A stretch of DNA of 64,000 nucleotides, taken from assembly GCA_012026655.1 (NCBI GenBank), contig JAAILG010000025.1, forward strand, positions 124,001-188,000, written 5' to 3'. Numbering within the stretch: the first letter of the stretch is position 1; every line of letters begins with the position of its first letter. Shown here one piece after another: positions 63,745 to 64,000 of the stretch. The notes under the pieces are model-generated. The model had not been told where the DNA came from and ran no database searches. It saw only the letters and a list, made by a program, of their open reading frames with translations. A program made the position numbers and the translations under genes. The stretch is from Hydrolagus affinis (taxonomy: Eukaryota).

Positions 63745-64000
63745 TGTTGTTAACACAATACTGCCCCCGGGGTCAGTGTTAGCACCAGTTTCCCAAGCTG
63801 AGATCAGGTAACGCAACAAAGACTGAGGTTTTGTTGAACCTGGGACTTTCCCTGGTCTATTTGGCTCCGGCAGCAACTCACTGCCGAGCCATCAGAGGGG
63901 GGAGGCTTTGTGAATCCTTTTCAACTTGTGGAGCCGCCTTTGTTGTTCAAACACCAAAGCGAGTTATGTTGTTAACCAGAAAGTGTGACTCTCGAGGTCC

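Noticed and set aside
1-64000. Prokaryotic-type systems (CRISPR arrays, operons, rRNA)
   Set aside because: The sequence is a spliced vertebrate gene; no repeat-spacer array or rRNA was seen.

Overview
Vertebrate genomic DNA, most likely from a cartilaginous fish (elephant-shark/chimaera-like); this is inferred from the repeat content and was not confirmed by a search. The window lies inside one + strand gene, neuron navigator 2 (NAV2). Nine phase-compatible GT-AG coding exons from 22778 to 62849 encode the calponin-homology (CH) domain, a Q-rich linker, the SxIP-containing Ser/Lys-rich region, the first coiled coil and the GYMSDGD region. The canonical first exon and the 3' half of the gene lie outside the window. 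Further exons read from the sequence: an alternative first coding exon at 10691-10741, a 63-nt cassette exon at 39307-39369, a CpG-rich internal first exon ending at 59078 that would give a CH-less isoform, and a candidate 51-nt repeat-derived cassette exon at 55315-55365. The introns hold many copies of a young tRNA-derived SINE with an L2-type tail, older SINEs, L2 and CR1 3' fragments, hAT and Tigger/pogo-like MITEs, and a TSD-flanked ~194-bp hairpin element whose loop carries a degenerate Penelope-type minimal hammerhead ribozyme motif. Most ORFs in the supplied track are spurious. Comparisons with human or mouse NAV2 are from memory, not from an alignment.
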